Assembly (NCBI GenBank): GCA_051873755.1
Contig: JBJEFE010000015.1
Location: 57,891 to 121,890 of the forward strand
Origin: Bulleidia sp.
GTDB taxonomy: Bacteria > Bacillota_I > Bacilli_A > Erysipelotrichales > Erysipelotrichaceae
Reading direction: 5' to 3'
Length of the DNA: 64,000 nucleotides
The position numbers and the translations under genes were made by a program. The notes beneath the pieces are model-generated. The model was given only the letters and a program-made list of their open reading frames with translations, did no database searches and had not been told where the DNA came from. Shown piece by piece: positions 30,022-39,813 of this stretch (position 1 is its first letter; each line of letters opens with the position of its first letter).

Positions 30022-31037
30022 TTTGTCAGATATTCCTTCAACAGGCTGTATGTATTCTGAACACCGTCCATGTGTGATCTTTCATAGTTATGGGAGGCAT
30101 AGACACCGGGTCCGATCAGGGCATGACGGATATCATAGCCTGCACGCAGTGTGACTTCCACATCCGAACCATAGTGCGGATACACATCCAGGGCGTAATG
30201 AATATCATTGGCTTTGGCAAGTGAAACAAGTTCACATGTCAGGTCATAGTTGTATGGGCCACCGGAATCCTTGGCACAGATGGAAACCTCACGTTCCGTA
30301 CATGCAAGATCGCCTCCGACACATCCCATATCCACGGAAATCATATCTTCAGTATCTGATGGCACATTGGCACCGCCGTATCCGACTTCCTCAAGCACCG
30401 TAAATACAATGGTCACCTTGCGTCTGAGCTGAATGCCGTTGTCCTTCACCCACTTTGCAATACCGATCAGAATTGCGGCAGAGAGTTTGTCATCCAGGAA
30501 TCTGGATTTGATATAGCCGCTTTCCGTAATGCATGTGCGCGGATCCATCGCAATGATATCTCCGTTTTCAATCCCGAGTTTCAGCACATCCTCCTTACTG
30601 TTGACATTTTCATCCAGCAGGATTTCCATGTTTTCCTCAACATCCTCAATCTTTCCGTCACGCACATGGCTGCTCGGTTCTCTGTTGAGTACAACTCCGG
30701 TGTACATTTTTCCGCCTCTTGTAAATACCATGCAGTTTTCACCGTCCGCGGTTGTCCATTGATGTCCGCCGATGGTCGTCGGCCGTAATCTGCCATTTGC
30801 CTTGACGGCACGCACCATTGCCCCAAGGGTGTCAATATGCGCTGCCAGTACAAGCGGATTTCCTTCCCCGCCAAGCACACATTCCACATTTCCCTTGCGG
30901 TTTTGGGTCGGGTTGTATCCCAGTTCCCGTAATACATGGATGACATGTGCTTCCGCATGTTTTGTAAAGCCGGAAGGAGACGCAACGGCGGTCAGATCCT
31001 TCAGCTGCTGTCCGATATAATTCAATTCTTCATTCAT
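30018..31037 (-). CDS. M42-family metallo-aminopeptidase
   Basis: 339 aa. AAHIDTLG, the EEVG metal/catalytic motif (VLEEVGYGGA) and the overall pattern are typical of FrvX/YsdC-type M42 peptidases. Confidence 0.85.
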   Translation of the reverse strand: MNEELNYIGQQLKDLTAVASPSGFTKHAEAHVIHVLRELGYNPTQNRKGNVECVLGGEGNPLVLAAHIDTLGAMVRAVKANGRLRPTTIGGHQWTTADGENCMVFTRGGKMYTGVVLNREPSSHVRDGKIEDVEENMEILLDENVNSKEDVLKLGIENGDIIAMDPRTCITESGYIKSRFLDDKLSAAILIGIAKWVKDNGIQLRRKVTIVFTVLEEVGYGGANVPSDTEDMISVDMGCVGGDLACTEREVSICAKDSGGPYNYDLTCELVSLAKANDIHYALDVYPHYGSDVEVTLRAGYDIRHALIGPGVYASHNYERSHMDGVQNTYSLLKEYLTK

Positions 31038-31103
31038 GATATTTTCCCTCGCATTTCTTCTGTCCCATTATATACGAAAAAAGGCAGAAGTGAACGCACA
31101 CTC

Positions 31104-31298
31104 CTACCTGATATCAAACTCCGGTTCCTCGTCAATCGTATCGGAAACATATTTTCCGTTTTTCTTTCTCTGTTTGACGCACTCAGTGAGAAGATATTCG
31201 ATCTGTCCGTTAACGGAACGGAAGTCATCTTCGGCCCACTGTGCAATGGAATCATATAGTTTTTCACTTAAACGTAAGGGAATCTGTTTTTTTGCCAT
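31104..31298 (-). CDS. Arc/MetJ-type ribbon-helix-helix DNA-binding protein (64 aa)
   Basis: MAKKQIPLRLSEKLYDSIAQWAEDDFRSVNGQIEYLL.. shows the beta-strand/helix/helix pattern with the RS(V)N motif of Arc-like repressors. Confidence 0.6.
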   Translation of the reverse strand: MAKKQIPLRLSEKLYDSIAQWAEDDFRSVNGQIEYLLTECVKQRKKNGKYVSDTIDEEPEFDIR

Positions 31299-31307
31299 GC
31301 GGATATT

Positions 31308-32330
31308 TTAATACAGACTGCCGGAATTTACGACAGGCTGTGCATCTTTATTCCCGCACAATACCACAAGCAGGTTGGAAACCATCGCTGCCTTACGTTC
31401 CTCATCCAACTGCACAACACCGTTTTCATTCAGTCTTTCAAGAGCCATTTCCACCATTCCGACAGCACCGTCCACGATCATCTTACGGGCATCAATCACT
31501 GCGGATGCCTGCTGTCTCTGCAGCATGGCCGCCGCAATCTCAGGCGCATAGGCAAGATATGTGATTCTTGCGTCCACGACCTCGATTCCCGCATCCCCGA
31601 CGCGATCCTGGATATTCTGACGGATGCGTTCCGCAACCACCGTACTGGATCCCCTCAGACTTCCATCATCCGCATGTCCGTCTCCGGTTGTATCGATATT
31701 TTCAGACACATCATACGGATAGACTCTGACGATATCACGTACCGCACTGTCAACCTGCAGTGACAGGTATTCCTTGTAGTTATCTACCGCAAATACCGCC
31801 TTTGCCGTATCAACAACCTGCCATGTGACCGCAACACTGATTTCCACCGGATTACCAAGAACATCATTCACCTTCTGCTTTGTGTTCGATAATGTCATGA
31901 TCTTCAGGGAAATCCGCTTGTCCACAGCCCTGGCACTGCCGTTGGCTACCGCTGAGGCAAGGTTTCCGCTCTTTTCACTGACATCACCACTCTGTCCAAG
32001 GTGTGTTTCCGCTGCCGGATTGACAGCTGTGCAGAACGGATTGACAAAGAAGAAGCCCGGACCGACAAGTGTTCCGTAATAATCTCCAAACAGTGTCAGC
32101 ACAAGTGCCTCCTGCGGTTTGACAGTCTTGAGTCCCATGAATGGAATCCAGCCGATGGTCATCCACACCACCGCAATGATTCCAAGCACGAAGATATCTG
32201 CCGCAATCGCATAGATAAACAGTGCAAGTGCTCCGATCAGAAGCAGTATCGTCCCGATCAGTACAGGCATACCGATTCTGTTTCCGGAAATGATTTTCTC
32301 CTGTACAACAGTTTTTTTCACGTTTTCCAT
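31308..32330 (-). CDS. SPFH/band-7 domain membrane protein
   Basis: It has two N-terminal TM helices, then an SPFH domain and a C-terminal coiled region. The ATG at 32330 (MENVKK) is preferred because GGAGGG lies 5 nt upstream. The track ORF starts at 32342. Confidence 0.8.
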   Translation of the reverse strand: MENVKKTVVQEKIISGNRIGMPVLIGTILLLIGALALFIYAIAADIFVLGIIAVVWMTIGWIPFMGLKTVKPQEALVLTLFGDYYGTLVGPGFFFVNPFCTAVNPAAETHLGQSGDVSEKSGNLASAVANGSARAVDKRISLKIMTLSNTKQKVNDVLGNPVEISVAVTWQVVDTAKAVFAVDNYKEYLSLQVDSAVRDIVRVYPYDVSENIDTTGDGHADDGSLRGSSTVVAERIRQNIQDRVGDAGIEVVDARITYLAYAPEIAAAMLQRQQASAVIDARKMIVDGAVGMVEMALERLNENGVVQLDEERKAAMVSNLLVVLCGNKDAQPVVNSGSLY

Positions 32331-32410
32331 AACACCCTCCATGTGTTTCTGTATGATATCATTTTGATATCTTTTTGCGTCTGTGTCAAGAAGTATGATA
32401 CACTATTGCA

Positions 32411-32887
32411 ATGAAACTTGTGATTCTTTCCGATTCGCACGGCCAGAAGGAGCCGCTGCGCTACATACGTAACAGATATCAGGATGCGGATCTCATCATC
32501 CATTGCGGTGATATCTGCCTTCCGAAGGAATATTCCATGGGCTGGATTCAGGTGGCGGGCAACTGTGATGATCCGGCAAGATATCCACTGGCCGACCTTG
32601 TGATCGTGGAGGGGCACCGCATTCTGATTACCCACGGTCACGCCTTCTTTTCCGGACGGCATGTCAACGCCGATGCCCTGGCACGTTTTGCCCTGCGGAA
32701 TGAATGCGATATTCTGTGTTTTGGACATTCGCACATGTACTGCGATATGACCCATGAAGGTGTGCGTCTTCTCAATCCCGGATCCATCTGTTCCAATCGG
32801 GATATGACACCGCCTTCCTATATGGTTGTGGATGTGCAGAAAGACCGGATTGATGTCACACGAAAAGAATACCGCCCTCTGTTCTAG
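32411..32887 (+). CDS. YfcE/MJ0936-family metallophosphoesterase
   Basis: 158 aa. It has MKLVILSDSHG, HCGD, GNCD and GHSH motifs. Confidence 0.8.
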   Translation: MKLVILSDSHGQKEPLRYIRNRYQDADLIIHCGDICLPKEYSMGWIQVAGNCDDPARYPLADLVIVEGHRILITHGHAFFSGRHVNADALARFALRNECDILCFGHSHMYCDMTHEGVRLLNPGSICSNRDMTPPSYMVVDVQKDRIDVTRKEYRPLF

Positions 32888-33309
32888 CGGTATTCAATGT
32901 CATCAACGGATGTCAGCCACAGATGTGTGTGATCTGTAAAAATGATTTTTCCTGTCACCGGTTCAATCCTGCGGATTATGCCGGTTTTTGTATGGTACTG
33001 TCCGCCCTGTTTGAATGGGTCATCCTCAAACCATGTCACGGTAACCTCCAGTCCCGGATGGGCCATGACATACCGGATCGTTTCATCCAGTTCATCCTTC
33101 TGGCATGGAGAAAGATCTCTTCTCTGTACAACACTGCGGTCTGCCTCATGGATGCTTTCCCCGTATCCGCTCAAGGCGGAAAACGGCAGGAACTGGGCGG
33201 CACGCTGGGCATCCGACAACGGTTTTCTCAGGCCTGATCTGTGGTTTGGCAGATCCAGCATGTCATCATAGCGATGCGGATCATTGGGATTTTCCGATAC
33301 ACGTCTCAT
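32884..33309 (-). CDS. YolD-like protein
   Basis: 141 aa. The FLPFSALSGY motif and its position immediately downstream of (4-nt overlap with) a Y-family polymerase gene match B. subtilis yolD/uvrX and yqzH/yqjW. Confidence 0.7.
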   Translation of the reverse strand: MRRVSENPNDPHRYDDMLDLPNHRSGLRKPLSDAQRAAQFLPFSALSGYGESIHEADRSVVQRRDLSPCQKDELDETIRYVMAHPGLEVTVTWFEDDPFKQGGQYHTKTGIIRRIEPVTGKIIFTDHTHLWLTSVDDIEYR

Positions 33310-34826
33310 GCCTTGTGTCCTCCGATTTCCTCATTGCGTTCCAGGGTTGTGGCATCTTCAAGCAGATCCATTCCCTTCATGATGATATTCTTTCCGTATC
33401 TTTCACGGATTGTGTTAATGGCTTCCTGTGCCTTCTTTTCCTTTTTCATGTCATCCACCGCCTTCCGTATTCTCTCATCATCCTGTTTCTGCTTTTTCTC
33501 ATCCATGGCGGAAAACAGATCCTGCTGCACATACAGTGTACGGTCTGATTTCTGTTCGTCCCTGATTTCCAGAGCTGCCACATTGACTCTGCGGATGAAA
33601 AGAGAAGGATCGATGTTTGCGCGGAATACCTTTTCCAGTCCGTTCACAAACAGATCTCTGGAGTTGGAATCCATCGGAAAACGGATGGAACCACCGGATG
33701 GTTTCGGCATGGTGCGGCCATAGAAATCCGTTACCGTATCCCCTTTGTATGCCCCATCTTCAACCGAGGTCATATCATAACCGATATACAGGGAAACACA
33801 GCGTGTTGTCTTCTGTTTTCCAACCATCTGTAAAGCAAGCGATTCCGCCATTTCCTTGACAATCACAAGTGCGGCGTCAAAGGAATACGGTTTATGCAGT
33901 ACCTGTCCGATGCCCATCGAGGATGCGGATGGACGGTATGCTTTGATCTGTTTCATCGTGACCGGTTCATATCCCCAGGCATGATCAATGATCAGTTCCG
34001 CATTGATTCCGAACATTTTATACAGCAGGTCCTCGTTGTAATAATCATGGAAACCACCGATGGAACATCTGGCAATATCCCCCATCGTAAAGATGCCCTC
34101 TTTTTCCAGGCGTACGGCTGTGCCCCTTCCGATTCTCCAGAAGTCGGTCAGCGGCCTGTGGGTCCACAGTTTTTCGCGGAAGCTTCTTTCATCCAGATGG
34201 GCAATGCGCACTCCGTTTTCATCACCCGGAATATGCTTGGCAATGATATCCATCGCACATTTACACAGAAACAGATTCGGCGCAATACCCGCTGTTGCGG
34301 TGATCCCGGTTGTACGCAGCACTTCCAGAATCAGTTTTCTTGCGAAGGATTCGGCACTGAGATGATACAGCTTCAGATAATCCGTCGCATCGATGAATAC
34401 CTCATCAATGGAATACACATGGATGTCATCCGCGCAGATGTATTTCGTATAGATCTGATAGATCCGTGTGCTGTATTCAATGTATAAACGCATTCTTGGC
34501 GGTGCCACGACATACTCCACCTTCAGGGCATGGTTTGCATTGAGCTCATCAAGATAAATGGAACTTCCCTCAAAATCCCGGTACCGGTTTTCCCGCATGC
34601 GCTGATCATTGATCCGGCTGACCTTCTGTACCACTTCAAACAGTCTTGGGCGTGAGGGAACACCCATGCTTTTCAAAGAGGGCGTCACGGCAAGACAGAT
34701 CGTTTTTTCGGTTCTGGATTCATCCGCCACGACCAGGTTGGTATTTAAAGGGTTGAGCCCTCTTTCCTGACATTCAACCGAGGCATAAAACGATTTCAGA
34801 TCAATTGCGATATACGTTCTTTCCAT
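33306..34826 (-). CDS. Y-family DNA polymerase (UmuC/UvrX/ImpB type)
   Basis: 506 aa. It has the YIAIDLKSFYASVEC N-terminus, SIDEVFID and a long basic C-terminal extension ending in ERNEEIGGHKA. Confidence 0.85.
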   Translation of the reverse strand: MERTYIAIDLKSFYASVECQERGLNPLNTNLVVADESRTEKTICLAVTPSLKSMGVPSRPRLFEVVQKVSRINDQRMRENRYRDFEGSSIYLDELNANHALKVEYVVAPPRMRLYIEYSTRIYQIYTKYICADDIHVYSIDEVFIDATDYLKLYHLSAESFARKLILEVLRTTGITATAGIAPNLFLCKCAMDIIAKHIPGDENGVRIAHLDERSFREKLWTHRPLTDFWRIGRGTAVRLEKEGIFTMGDIARCSIGGFHDYYNEDLLYKMFGINAELIIDHAWGYEPVTMKQIKAYRPSASSMGIGQVLHKPYSFDAALVIVKEMAESLALQMVGKQKTTRCVSLYIGYDMTSVEDGAYKGDTVTDFYGRTMPKPSGGSIRFPMDSNSRDLFVNGLEKVFRANIDPSLFIRRVNVAALEIRDEQKSDRTLYVQQDLFSAMDEKKQKQDDERIRKAVDDMKKEKKAQEAINTIRERYGKNIIMKGMDLLEDATTLERNEEIGGHKA

Positions 34827-34933
34827 ACGATAATATTACCATGAAACCTTTTTCAGATCACTTTTACGGCTCTGTCGCATTTTCCTGAAAATCGTACATA
34901 AAAACAAACATTTCCATTTATAATGGATGACAT

Positions 34934-35833
34934 ATGGATTACAGCATACACGGAAATGATCTGATCCTGGTTGTGGATCGTGAATATACACTTCAGCAGC
35001 TGTCAGACCGGTTCTGCCTTTCAAGAAAGCAGAGACACATTCTCCGCAGTGAAGGCCGGATTGAAAACAACGGCAGTGTGGTCCGGAATCCGGATACAGT
35101 CATGAAAGGGGCTGTCATCATTCATCTGTGCAGTGAGGAAATCGACTGGACTGTGGGATCACAACAGGCACAGGTTGTGTTTGAAAATGAACTTGTATGT
35201 GTTGTGCACAAGCCTGCAGGATGTATCATTCATGGTGAACCGGATGATCGGAACTGTCTGAATGCACGTGTTGCGGCATATTACAGGGCATCGGGTCAGC
35301 GTCATCATGTCCGTCCGATCCATCGTCTTGACAGACAGACATCCGGACTTGTACTGTATTCCAAAACCGGATTCTTCCAGCCGTACTTTGATCAGATGCT
35401 GGAGGAAAAGAAAATCCATCGTCATTACATGGCTGTCTGCTTTGAAAGAAAAGGCATTCCGGATCATTTCACATGTGCAGAACCGATCGGAAAAGACCGG
35501 CATGAGTCCAACCGGTACCGCATCAGTCAAAGCGGGAAACCGGCAAAGACGGATTTTGAAGTAAAGAAAAGAAAAAACGGATATGTACTGATCGGCTGTA
35601 CCCTGCATACAGGGCGCACCCATCAGATCCGCGTGCACCTTGAGGCCAACGGACTGCGGATTGTCAATGACGATATCTACGGCAGCCCGTCCCGTGATTT
35701 TGAATACATGGGATTATGGGCGGATACACTGGAGTATCCGGATCCGGTCAGCGGAACCGTTCAGATCATCAGAGATCAGCCATCGAAAGATTACTTATAT
35801 TTCAGGGAGGAAAAGAAAACGTATGAAGTATGA
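34934..35833 (+). CDS. RluA-family pseudouridine synthase
   Basis: 299 aa. It has an S4-like N-domain, catalytic motif HRLDRQTSGLVL and GRTHQIRVH. Confidence 0.85.
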   Translation: MDYSIHGNDLILVVDREYTLQQLSDRFCLSRKQRHILRSEGRIENNGSVVRNPDTVMKGAVIIHLCSEEIDWTVGSQQAQVVFENELVCVVHKPAGCIIHGEPDDRNCLNARVAAYYRASGQRHHVRPIHRLDRQTSGLVLYSKTGFFQPYFDQMLEEKKIHRHYMAVCFERKGIPDHFTCAEPIGKDRHESNRYRISQSGKPAKTDFEVKKRKNGYVLIGCTLHTGRTHQIRVHLEANGLRIVNDDIYGSPSRDFEYMGLWADTLEYPDPVSGTVQIIRDQPSKDYLYFREEKKTYEV

Positions 35834-37034
35834 TTTCACAAGTATTCTCGACAGAAAGGGACACGATGCCATTGCGGTGGATCTGCCGAGCGAACAGAAA
35901 GGAGCGTTTACAGGCTTTACACTGAAGGAGGGCTATGACGTCATCCCGATGTGGGTTGCGGATATGAACTTCCCGTGCCTGCCGGAAATCCAGAAGGAAA
36001 TCCACCAGCGTGTTGACCATCCGACCTTCGGCTATTTCAACACAAGAGACGAATATTTCGATTCCATCATCCGCTGGCAGAACCACAGACACGGCACAAC
36101 GGATCTGGAAAGAAAGCACATTGCCTATGAAAACGGGGTACTGGGCGGTGTTGTCACAGCGTTGAATGTCCTCTGTTCAAAGGGAGACAGTGTTCTGCTT
36201 CACTCCCCTACCTATGTCGGTTTCACAGGTTCTCTGAAAAACAACGGATACAACATCGTTCACTCCGCGCTGTACAGAGATGAGGAAGGCGTATGGAGAA
36301 TGGACTATGCGGATATGGAAAAGAAGATTGTTGAAAACCACATCCACGCGGCCATCATCTGTAACCCGCACAATCCATGCGGCAGAGTATGGACAAAGGA
36401 AGAACTGCTGAAGTGCATGGAAATCTTTGAAAAGCACAATGTGTATGTCATTGCGGATGAGATCTGGTCCGACCTGATGATCAACGGTTCACAACATGTG
36501 ACTGTGCAGTCCGTCAATGAATATGCCAGATATCATACCGTCGGAATGTACGCGCCAAGCAAGACATTCAACCTGGCAGGTCTGATCGGTGCATACCGCA
36601 TTGTATACAATGACTGGATCCGTGAGAGAATGGACAAGGAAGGTTCCCTTTCCCACTACAACAGCCAGAATGTTCTGTCCATGTACGGTCTGATCGGTGC
36701 CTACAGTGCAGAGGGTGAAGTCTGGGTGGATGAACTGACACAGGTACTGTCCGACAATGTCAACTATGCATATGACTTCATCAATGAACACTTTGAGGGC
36801 ATTACGCTGGCAAAGCCGCAGGGCACATACATGCTGTTTATCCATTGTGAGGATTTCTGCAAAGCACACAACATCGACATGGATACACTGATCCGCAAAG
36901 GATGGGAAGTCGGTGTGTTCTGGCAGGATGGACGTCCGTTCCATGATCCATACGGCATCCGTATCAACCTTGCCCTTCCGACATCCCGTGTCAAAGAGGC
37001 ATTTGACCGCCTGTACCACAACATTTTTGAATGA
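35823..37034 (+). CDS. MalY/PatB-family PLP-dependent C-S lyase (aminotransferase class I/II)
   Basis: The real start is the ATG at 35823 (MKYDFTSILDRKGHDAIAVD). The PLP lysine motif is APSKTFNLAGL. It overlaps the rluA-family stop by 11 nt. Confidence 0.85.
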   Translation: MKYDFTSILDRKGHDAIAVDLPSEQKGAFTGFTLKEGYDVIPMWVADMNFPCLPEIQKEIHQRVDHPTFGYFNTRDEYFDSIIRWQNHRHGTTDLERKHIAYENGVLGGVVTALNVLCSKGDSVLLHSPTYVGFTGSLKNNGYNIVHSALYRDEEGVWRMDYADMEKKIVENHIHAAIICNPHNPCGRVWTKEELLKCMEIFEKHNVYVIADEIWSDLMINGSQHVTVQSVNEYARYHTVGMYAPSKTFNLAGLIGAYRIVYNDWIRERMDKEGSLSHYNSQNVLSMYGLIGAYSAEGEVWVDELTQVLSDNVNYAYDFINEHFEGITLAKPQGTYMLFIHCEDFCKAHNIDMDTLIRKGWEVGVFWQDGRPFHDPYGIRINLALPTSRVKEAFDRLYHNIFE

Positions 37035-37041
37035 TCGTTGC

Positions 37042-37076
37042 AAAAGAAGGTTCGATTTCAGAATCTTCTTTTCTTT
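37042..37076 (+). terminator. Terminator after the PatB-like gene
   Basis: AAAAGAAG..CTTCTTTT stem followed by CTTT. Confidence 0.5.
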
Positions 37077-37077
37077 C

Positions 37078-37086
37078 TGTTATAAT
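37078..37086 (+). promoter_or_regulatory. Extended -10 (TGtTATAAT) upstream of the rhomboid gene
   Basis: TG at 37078-37079 and TATAAT at 37081-37086. The AAGGAGGGG RBS precedes the ATG at 37107. Confidence 0.5.
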
Positions 37087-37106
37087 GGGTACTCGAAGGA
37101 GGGGTT

Positions 37107-37685
37107 ATGTTTTACTATACGGGCATTCCGATCATTACCTGTATTACAATCGCTTTGTGTGTTTACAATTACATCCGCATCAACGCAAAAGCAAAGGAAA
37201 CAGGCATGAATGATGCAATTGTTCAGTGCGGTGGTGTTTACGCACCGTATGTCATTGAACAGAAACAGTATTACCGTCTGATTACCGGCGGTTTCGTGCA
37301 TTTTTCGATCTTTCACCTTCTGATGAATATGTATGTTCTGTTTTCACTCGGCGGTTCAATGGAAGCAGCGTTTGGACATGTGCTGTATGCGGTGCTGCTG
37401 TACGGTTCCATCCTTGCCGGAAATGCATTCTGTGTATACATGCATCCGGATTATTCCGTATCAGGCGGCATGTCAGGCGGGATGTATGGCCTGATCGCTG
37501 CCCAGCTGGCAATGATTCTGATTGTATTCGGTCCATCCGCCATTGTGAACAATCCATCCATGTTATCGGTGATTCTGTTGAATCTGATGATGAACTTCAT
37601 CCCGGGTGTTGCCTGGCGGGCACATCTTGGCGGGGCATCCGTCGGTATTCTGTTTATCTCCATTCTGTATCGCGTGATGTTGTGA
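37107..37685 (+). CDS. rhomboid-family intramembrane serine protease
   Basis: 192 aa. It has the GxSG catalytic motif (GGMSGGMYG), a downstream AHLGG histidine and the HxxxN region (FHLLMN). Confidence 0.8.
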   Translation: MFYYTGIPIITCITIALCVYNYIRINAKAKETGMNDAIVQCGGVYAPYVIEQKQYYRLITGGFVHFSIFHLLMNMYVLFSLGGSMEAAFGHVLYAVLLYGSILAGNAFCVYMHPDYSVSGGMSGGMYGLIAAQLAMILIVFGPSAIVNNPSMLSVILLNLMMNFIPGVAWRAHLGGASVGILFISILYRVML

Positions 37686-37701
37686 CGCGGAGGTATTTTG
37701 T

Positions 37702-39222
37702 ATGAATCTGAAAAAACTGTTTTCCAACCGGCTGATCTATGTTATTCTGACCGGACTACTGGAAGTTGGCATCTATATGTCGCTGTTTCATCTGGTACGT
37801 GAAAAGGCCGCATGGATTGAGGTGGTACTTCATATTCTATCCGTGCTGATCGTTCTGCATATCATCCGTACAAGCAAACATCTGTCATCGGATATGATGT
37901 GGCTTGTGCTGATCATGTTGGCACCTGTCCCGGGTACCGCCATCTTCCTGTTGTCAAGTGCGGATTTACTGAAGAACAAAACCTACCGTGCGATTTTGAG
38001 GGAACAGAAAAAAGCGGAAAGCTACCTTGTGCAGAATCCACAGGTAATCGGGAATATGACTGCGGAATTTCCTGACCGCAGATCCTCTCTGCAGTTTATT
38101 CCAAATTCCGGTTATCCATTCTATCCGTGTACCGGTTATGACTACTATCCGCTTGGGGATACAGGCTGGCAGGTCATGCTTGAGGAAATGCGGAAAGCAA
38201 AGAAGTATATCTTCATGGAGTATTTCATCATCGAAGAGGGAAAGATGTGGAATACCATGTTGGAGATCCTTGAGGAAAAAGTCAAAGAGGGTGTGGAATG
38301 CCGTGTTATGTACGACGACATGGGGTCCATCGGTACAATCCCTGCCTCCTATGCGAAAAAGCTTGAGTCAAAAGGCATCAAGGCGGTTTCATTCAACCGG
38401 GTTACCCCAATCATCAATGTCATCATGAACCACCGTGATCACCGCAAGATTCTTGTCATCGACGGCAAGGTCGGATTTACCGGAGGCATCAATCTGGCGG
38501 ACGAATATATCAATGTCAAGGTGATTCACGGACACTGGAAAGACAACGTTGTCAGAATTCAGGGCGAAGCCGTATGGTCCCTGCTCGTCATCTTCCTGAC
38601 AAACTGGAATGCACTGCGCCATGAGGACAGTGATTACAATGTCTTCCGTCCTGATACTCTGCCGGACATTCCTACTGCAGGATATATCGCACCGTATGCG
38701 GATACCCCTCTGGATCAGGACCTGACTGCACAGTCCATCTATGAGGATATTCTCAACAGTGCCAATGATTATGTATATATCATGACACCGTATCTGATCA
38801 TAGACTCGGAAATGATCAACACCCTGATTCATACCGCACGCAAAGGTGTCGATGTCCGCATCATCATGCCGGGTGTGCCGGACAAGAAAATCGTCTGGGA
38901 AATCGGACGCACCTACTATCCGCAGCTGCTGGAAGCCGGTGTGAAGATCTATGAATATGAACCTGGATTTGTCCATGCCAAAGTATTTGTCAGTGATGAT
39001 ATCTGTGCCACGGTCGGTTCCATCAACCTTGATTACAGATCCCTGTATCTGCACTTTGAAAACGGCACGTTTGTCATCGGAAATCCGGAAGTTCTGAAAG
39101 TCAGACAGGACATTGAGGAAACACTGCAGCACTGCCGTCAGATTCATATCGATGATCTGAAGACAGGTGCCCTGCGCGCCTTCTTCTTCTCGGTTGTCCG
39201 CCTGTTTACTCCTTTGATGTAA
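37702..39222 (+). CDS. cls: cardiolipin synthase
   Basis: 506 aa. It has two N-terminal TM helices and two HKD motifs (HRKILVIDG.., HAKVFVSDD). Confidence 0.9.
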   Translation: MNLKKLFSNRLIYVILTGLLEVGIYMSLFHLVREKAAWIEVVLHILSVLIVLHIIRTSKHLSSDMMWLVLIMLAPVPGTAIFLLSSADLLKNKTYRAILREQKKAESYLVQNPQVIGNMTAEFPDRRSSLQFIPNSGYPFYPCTGYDYYPLGDTGWQVMLEEMRKAKKYIFMEYFIIEEGKMWNTMLEILEEKVKEGVECRVMYDDMGSIGTIPASYAKKLESKGIKAVSFNRVTPIINVIMNHRDHRKILVIDGKVGFTGGINLADEYINVKVIHGHWKDNVVRIQGEAVWSLLVIFLTNWNALRHEDSDYNVFRPDTLPDIPTAGYIAPYADTPLDQDLTAQSIYEDILNSANDYVYIMTPYLIIDSEMINTLIHTARKGVDVRIIMPGVPDKKIVWEIGRTYYPQLLEAGVKIYEYEPGFVHAKVFVSDDICATVGSINLDYRSLYLHFENGTFVIGNPEVLKVRQDIEETLQHCRQIHIDDLKTGALRAFFFSVVRLFTPLM

Positions 39223-39231
39223 ATCATCCGC

Positions 39232-39259
39232 TCCTGTATCTGATACAGGAGCTTTTTCT
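39232..39259 (+). terminator. Terminator after cls
   Basis: GCTCCTGTATC/GATACAGGAGC palindrome followed by TTTTT. Confidence 0.7.
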
Positions 39260-39266
39260 CTGCCAA

Positions 39267-39298
39267 AAGAAAAGCACTTCCCGTATCGGAAAGCGCCG
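39267..39298 (-). terminator. Terminator after the small RHH gene
   Basis: GCACTTCCCG (39276-39285) pairs with CGGAAAGCGC (39289-39298), imperfectly and with G-U pairs. The A-rich run at 39267-39275 gives a U-tract on the minus strand. Confidence 0.4.
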
Positions 39299-39302
39299 CC
39301 CC

Positions 39303-39476
39303 TTATTTCTGATCGTCCTTTTCAATCGGATGATTGCGGAAATAATCTCTGAGAATGATTTCAACTGCCATTGTCTTTGTCAGCCCTGTTGCCTCACAGT
39401 AATCATTCAGCTGATCAGAGATTTTCAGATCCATCAGAATATAAAGCGGTCTGTAATTCTTCTTTGGTCTTCCCAT
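39303..39476 (-). CDS. CopG/ribbon-helix-helix-like small DNA-binding protein (57 aa)
   Basis: MGRPKKNYRPLYILMDLKISDQLNDYCEATGLTKTMAVEIILRDYF.. shows a strand-helix-helix pattern. The ATG at 39476 is preceded by GGAGAGGAA. Confidence 0.55.
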   Translation of the reverse strand: MGRPKKNYRPLYILMDLKISDQLNDYCEATGLTKTMAVEIILRDYFRNHPIEKDDQK

Positions 39477-39496
39477 ATCCTGTTCCTCTCCGTTGT

Positions 39497-39520
39497 ACAA
39501 CATAATCTGTATTATGTTGT
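39497..39520. repeat. Left inverted repeat / 9-6-9 palindrome ACAACATAA-TCTGTA-TTATGTTGT
   Basis: Read directly from the sequence. The core ACATAATCTGTATTATGT (39500-39517) is the exact reverse complement of 39794-39811. Confidence 0.85.
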
Positions 39521-39793
39521 ATGTATCAGATCAACCGGCACGGATTCATACCGGATCTTACATATATCTTAAACTTTTTTGGATATATATACAAGATAAA
39601 GCATACTCATAATACTCATTTTTATGCACTTTTTTTGAAAATCGAAAAGAAAACAACGTAAAAAAACCTGTCAGATACAGATCTGTCCGCAATCATGATC
39701 ACAGGTTTCTTTGTGATGCCTTTTTTCTGATGGAATCCGGGTTTCCTGAATTCCTTTCTGTTCATCCGCTTTGTATCGGACGGGCGTTTGATT

Positions 39794-39811
39794 ACATAAT
39801 ACAGATTATGT
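39794..39811. repeat. Right inverted repeat ACATAATACAGATTATGT
   Basis: Exact reverse complement of 39500-39517. It ends 2 nt before the recombinase stop codon. Confidence 0.85.
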
Positions 39812-39813
39812 GC

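Noticed and set aside
34827-34933. LexA/SOS box upstream of the Y-family polymerase
   Set aside because: I found no GAAC-N4-GTTC-type palindrome by eye. The best candidate has a single half-site. This is reported as an open question, not a feature.
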